Source: Chromera velia (Eukaryota). From it: 50,920 nt of DNA. The notes under the pieces are model-generated. The model was not told the origin of the DNA. It saw nothing but the letters and a program-made list of their open reading frames with translations, and made no database searches. Location: NCBI GenBank assembly GCA_018398765.1, contig JAHBMJ010000311.1, positions 1 to 50,920 on the forward strand. The letters are read 5' to 3'. The position numbers and the translations under genes are program-made. Below are positions 35,681-48,259 of this stretch, piece after piece (within the stretch, counting starts at the first letter, position 1; every line of letters starts with the position of its first letter).

Positions 35681-37919
35681 GCCCCATTCCTCACCAGAAC
35701 CATGGCCGACCACGGCTTTGCTCCAGGTACTTCATCAAAAGTATCGAGAAGTGATGTGGAATGGACGATTGAGTCCCGTAACGCCGCTCATTCTGTTCTC
35801 TCCTACTTTGACATTCTCTCACACCTACGACTGCACATTTCAATGTTATGCATTGAGCGTATAAAATCTGTTTCCAGATGAATTCACACATCACATTCAT
35901 ATGAATGGTCAGAAAATTACAAAACGTGTTTGAATTCTTTTTTTACGTTGTTTATCCATTTATCTATAGAATTCAAGCCATAAATACGATGCTTATTTCT
36001 GTTTCTCTTTGTTTGTTTGCAGCTGCGGAGATTGATAAACGACTCAACCATTCTAAAAAGCTATTGGAAACAGCCCTGAGTATCTAGGATGACCAATTTG
36101 AGGCAAAGAGGAGAGAAATTCAAAGCGAAAAGCGGGGACGAGAGATGGAAAAAAACACAACAGATGACCTGAAGAATTTAAGTAGAAAAATGAAAGAAAA
36201 ACGAAGAGACGATGCAGAAGTGATGATCTCACGGCAAGTGTTCAGTCATTGTAGAAGTCTCTCCCACATTGTTTACATGCATGCATCGATCTTTACCCCC
36301 CTCCTCATCATTATCATACGCCATCGTTGTCTGCCTAGACTAGTGGCCTAGCCTTTGAGACTTCCAACGTTCGGCAAGAGATAAGCTTGGCAGCCCTCCC
36401 CCAAAGGAGAAAGCACACGCAAAAACACGTTACATGACTCCCAGCGGCTCAAAAGGGGCTTGTCCTGAACTATAAGAAAAGGTCGGCTTTAAACGCTGGT
36501 CTGTAGGATTAAAAGATGGACGGGGGGAGCCAAGCTACCCGCTTTCTTCTATTCCATCTCTCTCTCTTTTTCTCTTTTTCTTGATTTTCTTTACTTTTCC
36601 CCAACTGGTGTTCATATACTGGGAAACTCACGCCATCACAGCCGTCCTGAAGTGCTCTATAGCGTGTGCATACGTATGATTTGCCGTCCTGATCCAGGTG
36701 GAAAACCCCCATCAAGTCATGCCCACAGATTTTTGCCGTTTCCTCCGATTTTCTTCTTCTACACAACACTGTCTTTTCAAAAACTGGCTGCTGGCTTGTC
36801 TGGTCGACATTGAAGGAAGGAGGGAACCTGAAAGGTTGGTATCTACCCCCAGACGTGCGGAGTCACGGGCACGGCCATGTTTGCCATGGTTTTGGATCTG
36901 TGTGGCCGGGATAGAGAGCCCAGCTCGCAGGCATCTCCTCAGTTGGTTGAAGCTCCGAGGTTGTTGTAGGTGTTTTGCTTCCTCTGCTTACTCTGTGGTT
37001 GTCCTTTTACCAGGGGCAACCATGGTGGCAGCCATTAGCGGCAGATGCTGCGAGTCGATCGATCGTTTTCAGGCTTTGGCGTGGGTGCGAAGAGAGTAGA
37101 CAAACAAGCAGGCAGCCCCACATGGCCGTAAAAGGCTTCCAGCTCCCAACACAGTGAGCTTCTTCTACAACAGACTGAGTCGGAGACGGCTTTGCGAACT
37201 TCTTCTTCCCCCAGTCTCTTGATGCAGTTGAGGTACCCAGAGTCACCAGGTGTCCCCTCACTCCAGAACAAGCAGCGGATGCACTAAAAGGACAATCACC
37301 TCCCTCCTCGTATTTCTCTATATTTTTCTGGTCGATCTGGAAGAGAAAACAAAGCAGTTACAAAAGTCTCTCCCATATTGTTAGATCCATCAATTTTTCC
37401 CCCTTTGACAAGCTGGGCCTTTATATTGCTTTGGTCGATCTCTAGGTCGATCGAGATCGATCTGCATCTTATTAATTTTTATATGTAGCTTGTGAATGAG
37501 CATCGCAACGGCTAAGCCTTCATGTATAAGTCATGTTTTTTGTAAGATAACATGCACTCACTGTCATTCAGAATTGAACCTAGAATCGAACGTAAGTTCG
37601 GAACCTTTAAGGTAGATTCGACTTTCCTTTATGAAGTTAACAAAGTTCTAAAGAAATAAAAAAAGAAAGTTAGCCTGATTTTTTGTTATTTAAAGCTTCA
37701 AGTTTATAGTGTATATATAGCCTAGGTGTAAGGCCTAGAATACCACTTCTAGATCTAAGTGCGTCGGACAGACGTATCTAGAGACGTATATCACGGTATA
37801 TGATTCGATAATATGAACTAGAAAGCATAAACATAAAGTAAAAGGCTGTATATGCATCAAACTTTTACCTAGACTTTTACTTTTTTCACAAAAAAAAAAA
37901 ATTACACAGACTATATGCA

Positions 37920-40552
37920 TAGGGGAAGGGGCAATCTTGTGTAAGAAATGCCCGCACCACCCGGCCCACCGAACTCCTAACTCCTATAAACCCTTTGTAA
38001 GTGCCCTTGAGCTACCCTTTCCCTCAGCTGCACTTCCCGGGCCATACAGTGAGTCATTGTTTCCGTGCAAGCCAGGAGAATCGGATCAGTGGGACACGCT
38101 CACACTATGCACTCAGCATACTATGCAAGCATCCTTATCGGGGATTCAGGGTGTCGTCAGAAACACCTAGTAGGATCATCGTTCTTCATCCTTCCTTGCT
38201 CTTTCGGAGCATGTCACGGTTCTTTCCTGTCTTCCTCTCCCTCTCTTAGTTTAAGCTGCACTTCTAACTTGGCTAAAAAGCTAGATCCACGATTCTGCTT
38301 TCCACTTTTCTCAAAAAGTCCACCCACGGACCTTTCTTATTGATCCTAGGCAGATCTTCTGCACAATGAAGCCCGTAACACCCGTGAGATATCTTTCCAA
38401 CGTTTTCATTAATGTCCGATTCAAAATGCGAAGAGAAACCTTCACCTGGAATTCTGCTGCTGCAGATAAGTTTTATACAAAGATAGACAATCAATACCAA
38501 TAATGCATAGCAAAAGGCAACTTCAGAGAAACAGAACCGAAGAGCAAAAGGAGGAAGGAAGGAAGGAAGGAAGGAAGAAAAAAAGAAAGAAAGGAACGAA
38601 AGAAAGGAAGGAAGAAAAGAAGGAAGGAAAGAAGGAAAGAAGGAAGGAAGAAAGGAAGGAAGAAAGGAAGAAAGGAAAGAAAGAAAGGAAGGAAGGAAGG
38701 AAGGAAAGAAGGAAGGAAGGAAGGAAAGAAGGAAGGAAGGAAGGAAAGAAGGAAGGAAGGAAGGAAAGAAGGAAAGAAGGAAGGGGGGAAGGAAGGAAGG
38801 AAAGAAGGAAGGAAGGAAAGAAGGAAGGAAGGAAGGAAGGAAGGAAGGAGGGAAGGAAGGAAGAATGAAAGAAAGAAAGGAAGGAATAGCGATTACTGAA
38901 GGGAACAATACTCCATGGCTATGCTACCCTACTGTCCTCTGATAAAATCCGTGTTCTGTCTTAAAGTCTCATTACGACTGCTGCTGCTGCTGCTGTGGAA
39001 GCGTTCAGGCAAGAACGATGGATGGATATAATCGAGAATGTCGGTCAACGACGACGACATGGAGAGAGCGGAGAGAGACAGAAAGTCTCGTCTGGTTATA
39101 GAGATTGGGGTGCTTTGGTAAACAATATACTGATCCGCGCATATACCAAAAGTCCCTTGACGCTTTCCCAACTGACCTTGAGGCTGCACAAGTTTCCATG
39201 CGTTCCCCTCTCGGTGCCTGTTCAGATTCTTCAGTTGTTATTTGCCCAGCAGCCTCTGCTACTTTCCCCCCTGCACTCTCCTCCGTTCCCTCTCCTACTT
39301 CGTGCACACCCAACCCCTTACTCTTGTGACCTTTCGCACTGGAACACGAGCTTTTTTTCAATTCTCTATCGTCTTTTTGAGATTTATGCAACGAAACTCC
39401 TCCAACTTCTTGATTGGACACCCCATTCGAGTCAGTCAGATGTTCAATGCTTGAGTCTTCGTTTTCTGTCTGTCTATAGGCTTCAAGTGACTGTTCAGGC
39501 TCAAGCAGTGAAAAAAAAGCAAATTCAGTCTTAGATAGAAAAGCCACAAGCTGTTCCGAGCCCTTCCTTGCGAAGTCATCAGAGAAAACGCGGTACAAAG
39601 GAAGAAGAGTGAATTCAGCCACTCCTGACCCCTTCAGGGTTTCATAAAGGGGAGTGACACCCCAATGTATGCTTTTTTTATGACTTCCGCGGGACAATGC
39701 TACGATATCTTTCCACTCAAAGTAAGGGGGGGGCGCTTCTTCGGTGGTTATTCCAAAGTAACTGCCTTTCCGGAATGGGGAAATGATGGTGTACAAAAGG
39801 GAGGCCCGGCGAGGGTCAATCTTTGACCCTGCAGTCTCTGGATCGACTTTTCCTCCGAAGTTTTCCACTTTGGTGCACATCTTCTTGATATGGAAGGCGC
39901 GTTTGGAAGGATCCTTGTATATCCAGACCCGGATCAGCTCTGTAAAGGCTTCCCCTGCTACTGCAAGGACCCGTCTCCTTGCCTATCTATCCCTCAAACT
40001 CACACTTCTCTGACTTCCCTACTCAGAGTCTCCTTCCCCTTCGAATCTGCCCACCTCAAATATGCTACCTCTCCCTGGCGTGTACGCATCCACAAGGCCA
40101 ATCTCTAAGCAGCAGGTGCAGAAGATGCTCCTGACTCTGCACTCCCTACAAAAGAGACAGGCGCATTGCCTTCCTATTCCATCCAACCTGTAGAGGAACC
40201 CCCTTATCGCATAGAGGGCCCCCAGATTCCTCGACAGGGCGTTCCCTTTAGTGCGCCATCCTGTGCCACCCATCTCTCCAGATGATCCTCGTATCAAGGA
40301 TTCTGTCAGGCTCTTCACTGCCTGCTCCTCAAATACAAACCACAGGACTTGCCGTCCTTCCTACCCCTGTCTCCGAGGCTTCCCGTCTCTCGAGGGGGAT
40401 GGAGAAGCCACCCGAGCTCCGAAAGGTTTCAACCGCGCAGTGTTGCTGCCTGTCTCCATCTTGACCTTTCCAGCAAATAAGTGAATTGTACCACTAGATG
40501 TTTCTCCCATGGGGACGCTTGCAATGATCCTCTCAATTAATACAACCACCAC
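37920..40552 (-). mobile_element. Decayed fragment of a GIY-YIG-bearing (probably Penelope-like) element, RT not present
   Basis: ORFs 40552-40361, 40318-40019 and 39880-39005 share one frame, separated only by TAG codons. Motif LLYTIISPFRKGSYFGIT...PLYETLKGSGVAEFTLLPL parallels the GIY-YIG domain of the element at 44.7 kb. Boundaries approximate. Confidence 0.55.
38548..38886. repeat. (GGAA)n microsatellite
   Basis: Directly visible. Confidence 0.95.
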
Positions 40553-41094
40553 ATTTTGTACCCACTTTTCAAGACACCAACATGCACATTTTTCATACTA
40601 GGGTTGAAAATCTGAAAAACGAACGCTCCTGCAAAACTTCTGACGATGCTATTTAATGACATACACGACACACGATTCATCGCATCCCTGTAAGAGCATC
40701 AATCTTATTCAATCATTGAAGTATATAAGCACAGCATGTTGAAAACACATCACCCCTTGGCTAACTTCATGTGATCGAACAAACGAGCTCCCAACTTACT
40801 GCGAAAACTTCTGGTTCTTTTTCATGTTCTTTCGTTCGATCATCCCGTCTCCATCCCTGTTTTTCACTTCTTTTCAGCAGGTCAAGATATATGGGAGCAG
40901 GGGCGTTTTCATTTTCGAGTGCTTTCGTTTGCTCTCTTTATATGTGTTTCTAAGAATGTCTACACGTTGCTGGCTATGAGTTGGTACGAAGGAGAGGTGA
41001 AAGAAAGAACTCGTAGAAAAGGCCCAGATAAAGGGGACGAACCTGAGTGACACTGTTCATCTGAGCCAGTAGAGGCAAGCATATCGACGAGAGC

Positions 41095-41103
41095 CTCTCT
41101 CTC

Positions 41104-41150
<47 letters not shown>

Positions 41151-41641
41151 TATGTGTGTATATGTATGTGTGTATATGTGTGTATATGTATGTGTGTATA
41201 TGTGTGTATGTGTGTGTGTGTATGTGTGTGTGTGTATGTATGTGCGCATATTGTGTGCGTGTTTTATATGTGCGCGCGTGTGTGTTTGTGCGTGTATCTG
41301 GTAGTCACTCTGTGAGCCAAAGTGCCGTCACGGGTCTGGAATATGTATGTCCTTGCACAATGGCACATTGATTTATAAATTTTCCTCTCTCGCCCTGTCT
41401 TGTTCACTTTAACTCACTCCCCGTCTTCTTTCTCCCTGTCCTTCTCCGTCTCTCTGTCTTCTATTCTCTCCGTTTTCCATGTCTTTCTCTTTCTTTCTCT
41501 GCGTGTGCGTGCTTGAATGAGTAACCTTTTAGAGCATCCAGCAAAAAACATCATTCTGTAAACGAGGCTTCCGTTGGCTTCTGTGCAGTGGTGTATGTTT
41601 ATCTTGATCTCCTTTTCTCTGTCTCCCTCCCTTTTTCTGCT

Positions 41642-41695
<54 letters not shown>

Positions 41696-41709
41696 CCTCT
41701 CTCCCTTGG

Positions 41710-41742
<33 letters not shown>

Positions 41743-41899
41743 GCGTGTATGTGTGTGTGTGTTCACCAGGAACAGGAAATTGCCTCTCAGAAAGAAACCA
41801 TATAGTCTGTCTCTCTCTCCCTCCCTCCCTTCTTTTAACCCTTTTCTCTGTCTTCTCTTCTCTCTCTCCTTTTCTCTTCCCCTTCTTTCTCCTTCTCTT

Positions 41900-41932
<33 letters not shown>

Positions 41933-41979
41933 CTCCCCCTCTCTCTCTCTCTCTCTCTCTCTCCCTCTCTCTCTTTTTT

Positions 41980-42037
<58 letters not shown>

Positions 42038-42347
42038 TGTGTGTGTATGTGTGTGTGTGCGTGTATGTACTGTGTGAACGTACATGATACTGGGGTATGT
42101 ATGCATGTTTGTTTTCTTCGAGCCATAAACAAATCTAATGAGTACGCCAGCCATGTTTGAAAGAATTCGTACACGTTCAATGTATCCCTCTTTTATCTTA
42201 TTGTATAGTGTATGTACAGCAAGACTTTCGTCTCTACCCTACCTTCTTTTCTTCCAAAAATGATCATAGCGTCTGGATCCAGAGCTATGTACGATGGAGT
42301 TAAAAATTTCTCATCTCTTCCAAACGGTTGATTTCGAGATGGTCGCA

Positions 42348-42383
<36 letters not shown>

Positions 42384-42597
42384 CTCTCTTTCTCTCTCTC
42401 TCAACCCTTCTCTCTCTCTCCCTCTCTCTCCCCCTCTCTATCTTCTCCCTCGTTCTTACTCTTCTTTCCATCTTCAATATAAAAAAGCATGTATGCATGT
42501 GTGTGTATGTGCGTATGTGTGTATGTATATATATATGTGTGTGTGTATGTGTGTGTGTGTGTGTGTATGTACTATATATATATATATGTGTGTGTGT

Positions 42598-42638
<41 letters not shown>

Positions 42639-42884
42639 TGTGTATGAGTGTGGGTGTCAGTATGTATGAATGTATGTGTGTGTGTGCGTGCGTGAGTGCG
42701 TTCGTGTATGTGTGTGTATATATATGTGTGTGTGTGTGTGTATGTGTATGTGTGTGTATATGTGTGTATATGTGTGTGCGTGCGTGCATGCATGTGTGCG
42801 TGTGTGTGTATGTATGTGTATGTATATATGTATATGTATGTACGTGTGTGTGTGTGCATGTGTGTGTGCGTATATGTGTGTGAG

Positions 42885-42915
<31 letters not shown>

Positions 42916-43070
42916 GTGTATGTATATGTATGCGTATGTGTGTGTATGTGTGTGTGTGTGTGTGTGTATGAAATTGTGAATGCGTGCATGCATGCGTGCG
43001 TGTGTATATGTATATGTATGTGTATGTATGTGTATGTGTATATGTATATGTGTGTGTGTGTGTGTGTATG
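41095..43070. repeat. Block of compound (CT)n and (TG/TA)n microsatellites with short unique spacers
   Basis: Directly visible at 41095-41295, 41640-42070 and 42350-43070. Confidence 0.95.
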
Positions 43071-46000
43071 TTAGGGCTTTGAAGAGGAAGATGTACCCGG
43101 CAGGAGGGGTAGCGCAGAAGGAGCTCGAAGGAGCAGTGGAGGCAATGGTGAATGAGATCGGTGGGAAGTATATCAGCTTTCACAGGCTGGTGGACTTCAT
43201 TTTCATTATGCTCCCTAGTGGGGAGTCGGGGAAGAGGATGATTAAGGGGATAGTGAAGGCGTGCAGGGCTTCATCTCCGCTGCAGTTCACAAATCATATG
43301 ACTGAATTGGCAAGACAGTGGGAGCTTTAGGCCCAGCCTGAGGGGACGGAGTCGGGTGGGCTGCCGAGAGGCCTGACAACAACGGCTCCGCTCGGGGGGG
43401 GTGCAAAGATGGGCGTGGGTGGGAGTACAAGTGTAAGTCTGAATCGGGGGAGTCATACAAACGTGAGGAAGGGCAGTTCAACAACGGCAGCCGCAGCAGC
43501 AGCAGCAGCAGGAAGGGGGGGAGGCCATCTGGTTCCCCCATCGGCAGGTCCTCAGGTGCCTATCATGATCGTGGGGGAGGACGTGGCCCAGCCGGGCACA
43601 GATCAAGATATGCCACAGGCAATGGGGGGGGGAGTATTACAGGGTCAGAGGGATTTGCGGCAGCTGCCGCCGCACCTGGGGCAAGACCCCTGTCTGCTAA
43701 GAGGAGGAGAGAACAAGCGGATAAAGGAGATGGAGGCATGAATGGGGGGGTGAATGGAGGGGGGACGGTGGATGCAAAGAGCAAAGGGACCGAAGCGGAC
43801 AGATCGGAGTTTGTCTCCCCAGTGAATATGACACCTAGGCATGTTGAACAGCCTGGGAATGTACTTCGAGGCTTAGGCTTTGAACCCCCGGGGAGAGGAT
43901 CTGGTGACAAGATCTCCTTTGGCAATCTGCTGAAGGAGGTACCGGTGTTCAGGGACGGGGAGATGCAAGCAGTCATCGAGTCGTCGAAGCTGATAAAAAT
44001 TGGCATCAAGGGGATAGAAGAGAGTGTGGTGAGGAGGGATCTGGTATAGTTCCTTACGGACTGCGGGGTGGGCAACATTTCAGATGATGTGAACATCCAG
44101 GCCCTCATGTTCGGGGTAGCGTTGGCCCTATGGAAAGGAAAGGGCGGCCAGGGCAGTGCTTGACTGGATGATCGGGGTACGATTTCGGAGCGACCTAATC
44201 AAGTAAGCTTTGACATGTCGTTCTCCACAAAAGGGATTAATTCATTTATTGACTGGTTGGAAAAGAAAATTGACTCTATGCGTGATTAGTTGTTGGCTGA
44301 CAGAGGAGTGAGGGGTTTTGGGAGAAACGCTGTGACTGAGAGATGCAGGGAGGAAGTATCCGAACGTATGTTAGCAATGGCAGGATTGAAGATGTAACAT
44401 TGTTTCTTACTTGTGCTGGAGAACATGAAATGCAATCTTATCCCGTATGTGGGTCACGAGTTTGTGACTGCGATTGTGTACTCTCCGTCTTGCTTCATAT
44501 GCATGCTTCGGTTCCACCATCATACTCACTCACTATTTCCCCCCCGTCTCCACGAAAGAAGGAGGACCCTGCTGCAAGAAAACGCACAGTCTTTAGGGCT
44601 GGGATAAAAAAGAGGGTGTTGCGTTGGCTCTTGCTTTTACATTGTATGACAGCGGATCTTTTTCTTGATTTGTCGGATTCAAAGTTTTCTATCTTTTTGA
44701 GGGGCGTCAGGAGGGGCTGCAAGCAGCACTGGGATCATGCAGACTTCATGGCAAGGAAAGTTATCTGTATGGTTTGGTCTCCATGGGTCCGTGGGTTTTA
44801 TTTGGGGAGTACGGTAGGCTTTGTGATGGATAGGTTCATTCAGCATCTTTATGCGGCAGGAAGGGGGGTGGGGGGTAGGATTAGTGGAAAAAAGAACGCG
44901 TCAGGGAGGGGGTATGCACATCGATTCTACTCAACTCTCTCTACAAATAACAGGAGGTATGGATTGTTTGTGGTTATGCCACTGGTCGTTGTTGCAGGGT
45001 CCCAGATGGAATTGCGAGATATGGAGATGGCCTGCATTCGATCGTATATGCCGAAGTGGAATACGGTGGGAGTGAGGAGGAGAGTGAAAGGCAACTTTAG
45101 CTGGAGGTTCAAATCTGATTGTATGGACAGAGAGGTGACAGGGGGAGGTGGGGGGGATGGGGCTTTGAAGAGGTTGGAAAGGTTAGCTTCTGGACGTAGA
45201 GGTGTTTCGATCTGCTCGGACAAGCTGTCAAAATTCCTTGTGGTTAAAAGGAGGATTACGATGGCAATGGTGAGTTGAGGAGGGACTACGTTCTCCTGTG
45301 CTGCTTGTTTGTCTGCTGTGGGGGGGTTTGGAGGTGGGGGAAGGAGTCCATCTACCGAGAACGGGGGGGGGAGAGGTACAATCTCCGGCCCTACGAACAC
45401 AGCAATCTTTGTTTTCCGCTCGCTTCTGTTGTTGCTTCTCAGTAAGAAGAGAATGAGTGACAATCAGCTGAGGGCTTTGTCTGTTTGTGAGAATGATCTG
45501 TTGTTTATTTGTAGCCTGTTTCCTGTTCGTGGGGTATTAGGGGTGGGGAGGGCGGTTTTTGGTGCAAATGTGGGCAGGTTGTGTAAATTGAAAGGGTAGT
45601 CCATCAGGAAGATTAAGGACACGAGAAGTAAAACATTCTGTTTACCTCTGGTGGACTTTCCTCCTTTTTCTCGGTTTTATCGGTCAGTAATGAGGGATTG
45701 GTGGAGGGAGGCCAGTATGGGAGGATCTTTGGGGGTGGTAGTTTTGCCAGCCCGTTTATATAATCTACAGCAAGCGCTTAACAATTCCTACTCTGTTTGT
45801 GGGGGGGGGGGGGACGACGTAAATGGGGGGGGAGTTACTGAGGAATCTGTGGATACGACGTGCATCGATGGTTCTGCGTGCCCATGTCGATCTCTTAAGA
45901 TTATGTATGGTTTGGACTGCCTTGATAGACATGTCTGCTCTCTACTTTCTCTTTCTCCTCGTCTTCGGTCTGCTCTCTCTCTTCCCTTGAATTTCTTCAC

Positions 46001-47825
46001 TACTTCTAAGCTGTGGCCCGGGTCTGGGGGGTAGAAAGGGGTGAAGAAGGGTTTGTTATCTTTTTTATCGTACGTGAATGCACTCAGGGGAGGTCTTATG
46101 GGTCAAGGGTGTAGGGGGCGTATGTTTATATCTGCTGCTGCATGGGTGGATCTACAATGTCGTTGGCTCTCCATGTTAGAGGTATATCGTTTAGGCCCCA
46201 AGTTACCTGAGAAGGGGTCTGCGGTTGTGAAGGCGATGAAGGCTGCACTTGTCATTACACCTGTAGATAGAGCTAAGGGCGACTTAGCTTTCCTCTGCCA
46301 TCGGATGTATATTGCATATGTGCGTAGGGCCTTCCTTGCAGATGCCGCACATATTTGACTTACTCCAATACAAATCGCTGATCGTGAGTCTCTGTTGTTT
46401 GATCCATCTTTGTGGTCTGTTCCAATGAAGACATTCATGGCTCAGTTTGCGATTCCTAGCAGAACATGACATAAGTTTGGGACGGGGATTCTATGGCCAA
46501 AGAGGAAGTCTTGGGGGTCCGATGGTTTGGTTGTGGGCGGGTGGGATGCATTGAAATTCAGACAGTTGGTTTCATATATAAAACACTGTTAGAAGGGGGT
46601 CTTTTCTTTTTTCTGCAAGGTTCTTAACGGACTCTTAAAATTTTTTGCACCACATTGTGATTTGAATTCTGTTTTCCAGTTTTAAGAAATGTTAGGTGAC
46701 TTCAACGTTGGGTTCGGATGGGTTGCAGACAGGGCGTTGTCTATACGTGCCCTACCAAGCTGGCCAATAGGTTCGGTTGCAATTGCGGTGGATGACATCA
46801 AGGCGTACTTTCCGTCTTTATCCCGAGCTGACTTTTTATCTTCTCTTGATACTTTGGTTTGTTTTCTTTCTTCTTCTTCCAGGCATCGTTTTGTTGTGTT
46901 AAGAAAGGGGGGGTCTGTTTTTATGAAGAGTGCGGGCCCTGCTGTTGGGGAGGCGTGGCTCACAAGGTGTATAAAGAAGAAACAAGAGGTTTTCCTCTCC
47001 ACACACGCAAACCATGCATATAGCACCTATGTTCCGTTAAGTTTGTTGTGTGATTTAATTAGAGTTGACTTTAATTCAAATACTATCCGGGTGTTGGAGG
47101 AGAGGGTTGCTCAGGTGGAGAGATTCCCGCAAGGGAGTCTGTGTTCACTCGGGGGCGTGCGTTTTTATGCTGCATGGAAGGAATATCAGAAAGCACTTCT
47201 CCTGAATATCACTTCATGGCAGTCCTCTAAGTAGTTCATGAGGCGCTACATGGACGATCAGACGTTGATGGCTCGTTCTATTGCTCCAAATTTTCTTAGA
47301 AACGATCCTTTTATGCTTTCACTACAGCGCTATGATTTCTACTATGGTACATATGTTTTGGAGAGACAGTGTGGGAAGGAGGTTTTAGGTCTCTCTCTCT
47401 TCACTCTCGAGAGTGTCCCAGAAGTTGTTTTGTTCTCTCCAAAGAATCCGAATAGATCTGTTTTTTCCCTTTTCATTGATGAGTCCTTAGAAACTGCACA
47501 TGGGAGTGACCTGTTGTTACATTCTTCTGTTCAATTGCATCCCCGTTTTGTTCATGGGAATGCGTGTATGGTCAGCCACTCTGCGCGTTCAGGTCTGATA
47601 TGCGGTCACATTACAAGAATGCTTTTATCCGCAAATCTGCCCACCTGTTTGATGGTAAGGGAGTTATCATTAATGTTCGTTGAATTACTGTCTTTGCGAT
47701 GGCTTTTTAATTTTCTCAAGAAACAATATTTGCGTGTTTTGGTCCGTATGGCCAGCATGGATCTGATTGAAGGATGGTTGAATGAGGTTGTATTTCTGGA
47801 GCGCTTTAGGCCAACGATGTATTGA
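43071..47825 (+). mobile_element. Penelope-like retroelement with N-terminal GIY-YIG endonuclease and C-terminal RT (Chlamys/Naiad-type), pseudogenised
   Basis: GIY-YIG: VICMVWSPWVRGFYLGST...RFIQH...EMACIRSYMPKWN (44760-45065). Linker CPC...DRH (about 45880-45935). PLE 'DKG' box VITPVDRAKGDLAFLC. ILWPKRK...KFRQLVSY. RT motifs DDIKAYFPSL, FPQGSLCS, RRYMDD. Confidence 0.88.
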
Positions 47826-48227
47826 ATATGTTTACATTTGTATCTTCTTTATTTCAATTCTTTTTGTCCTCTTGATCTTTGATCGAACGTCTCTTTTACT
47901 TAGCATACAGAGCCAGAAGCGATAGAAAAAAGACAGTGGCGAGACCGAAGGGGGGGGTCGCGCGTGATGTTGTATGTTAGAATTGCGGTTGCTTGTCTGG
48001 CATGTCAGGATTGAGAGTGTGCGCATTGGTACTATGGCTTATGCCAGGACGATTTTAAAGTGTGCGCACAATCGATCGTTCACGGTGTGGTGTTTGAGCC
48101 ATGCCGAGATTTATTGATTTTTTGCGCTATACGTGTATTTGGCATCGAATTGGCATGTGTCTGTCTATCTATACATGCGTACTGAGATACAGGCATGTGA
48201 GATTTCGAGTAGAAGGACTGCTCTTCC

Positions 48228-48259
48228 ATTGAACACAGTGCTGATTGAACACAGTGCTG
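48228..48259 (+). repeat. 16-bp tandem duplication ATTGAACACAGTGCTG
   Basis: Directly visible, two copies. Confidence 0.9.

Noticed and set aside
36509..37271. Cluster of short ORFs on both strands
   Set aside because: No recognisable motif or consistent splice structure; could be an unrecognised relic.
37921..37950. AGGGGAAGGGG followed by TGTAAG as PPT plus LTR start
   Set aside because: There is no upstream pol or matching LTR. The region is better read as the end of the minus-strand element.
45276..47234. Selenocysteine or stop-codon reassignment in the PLE ORF
   Set aside because: All three stop types occur, and host genes and the transposase in the window read with the standard code.
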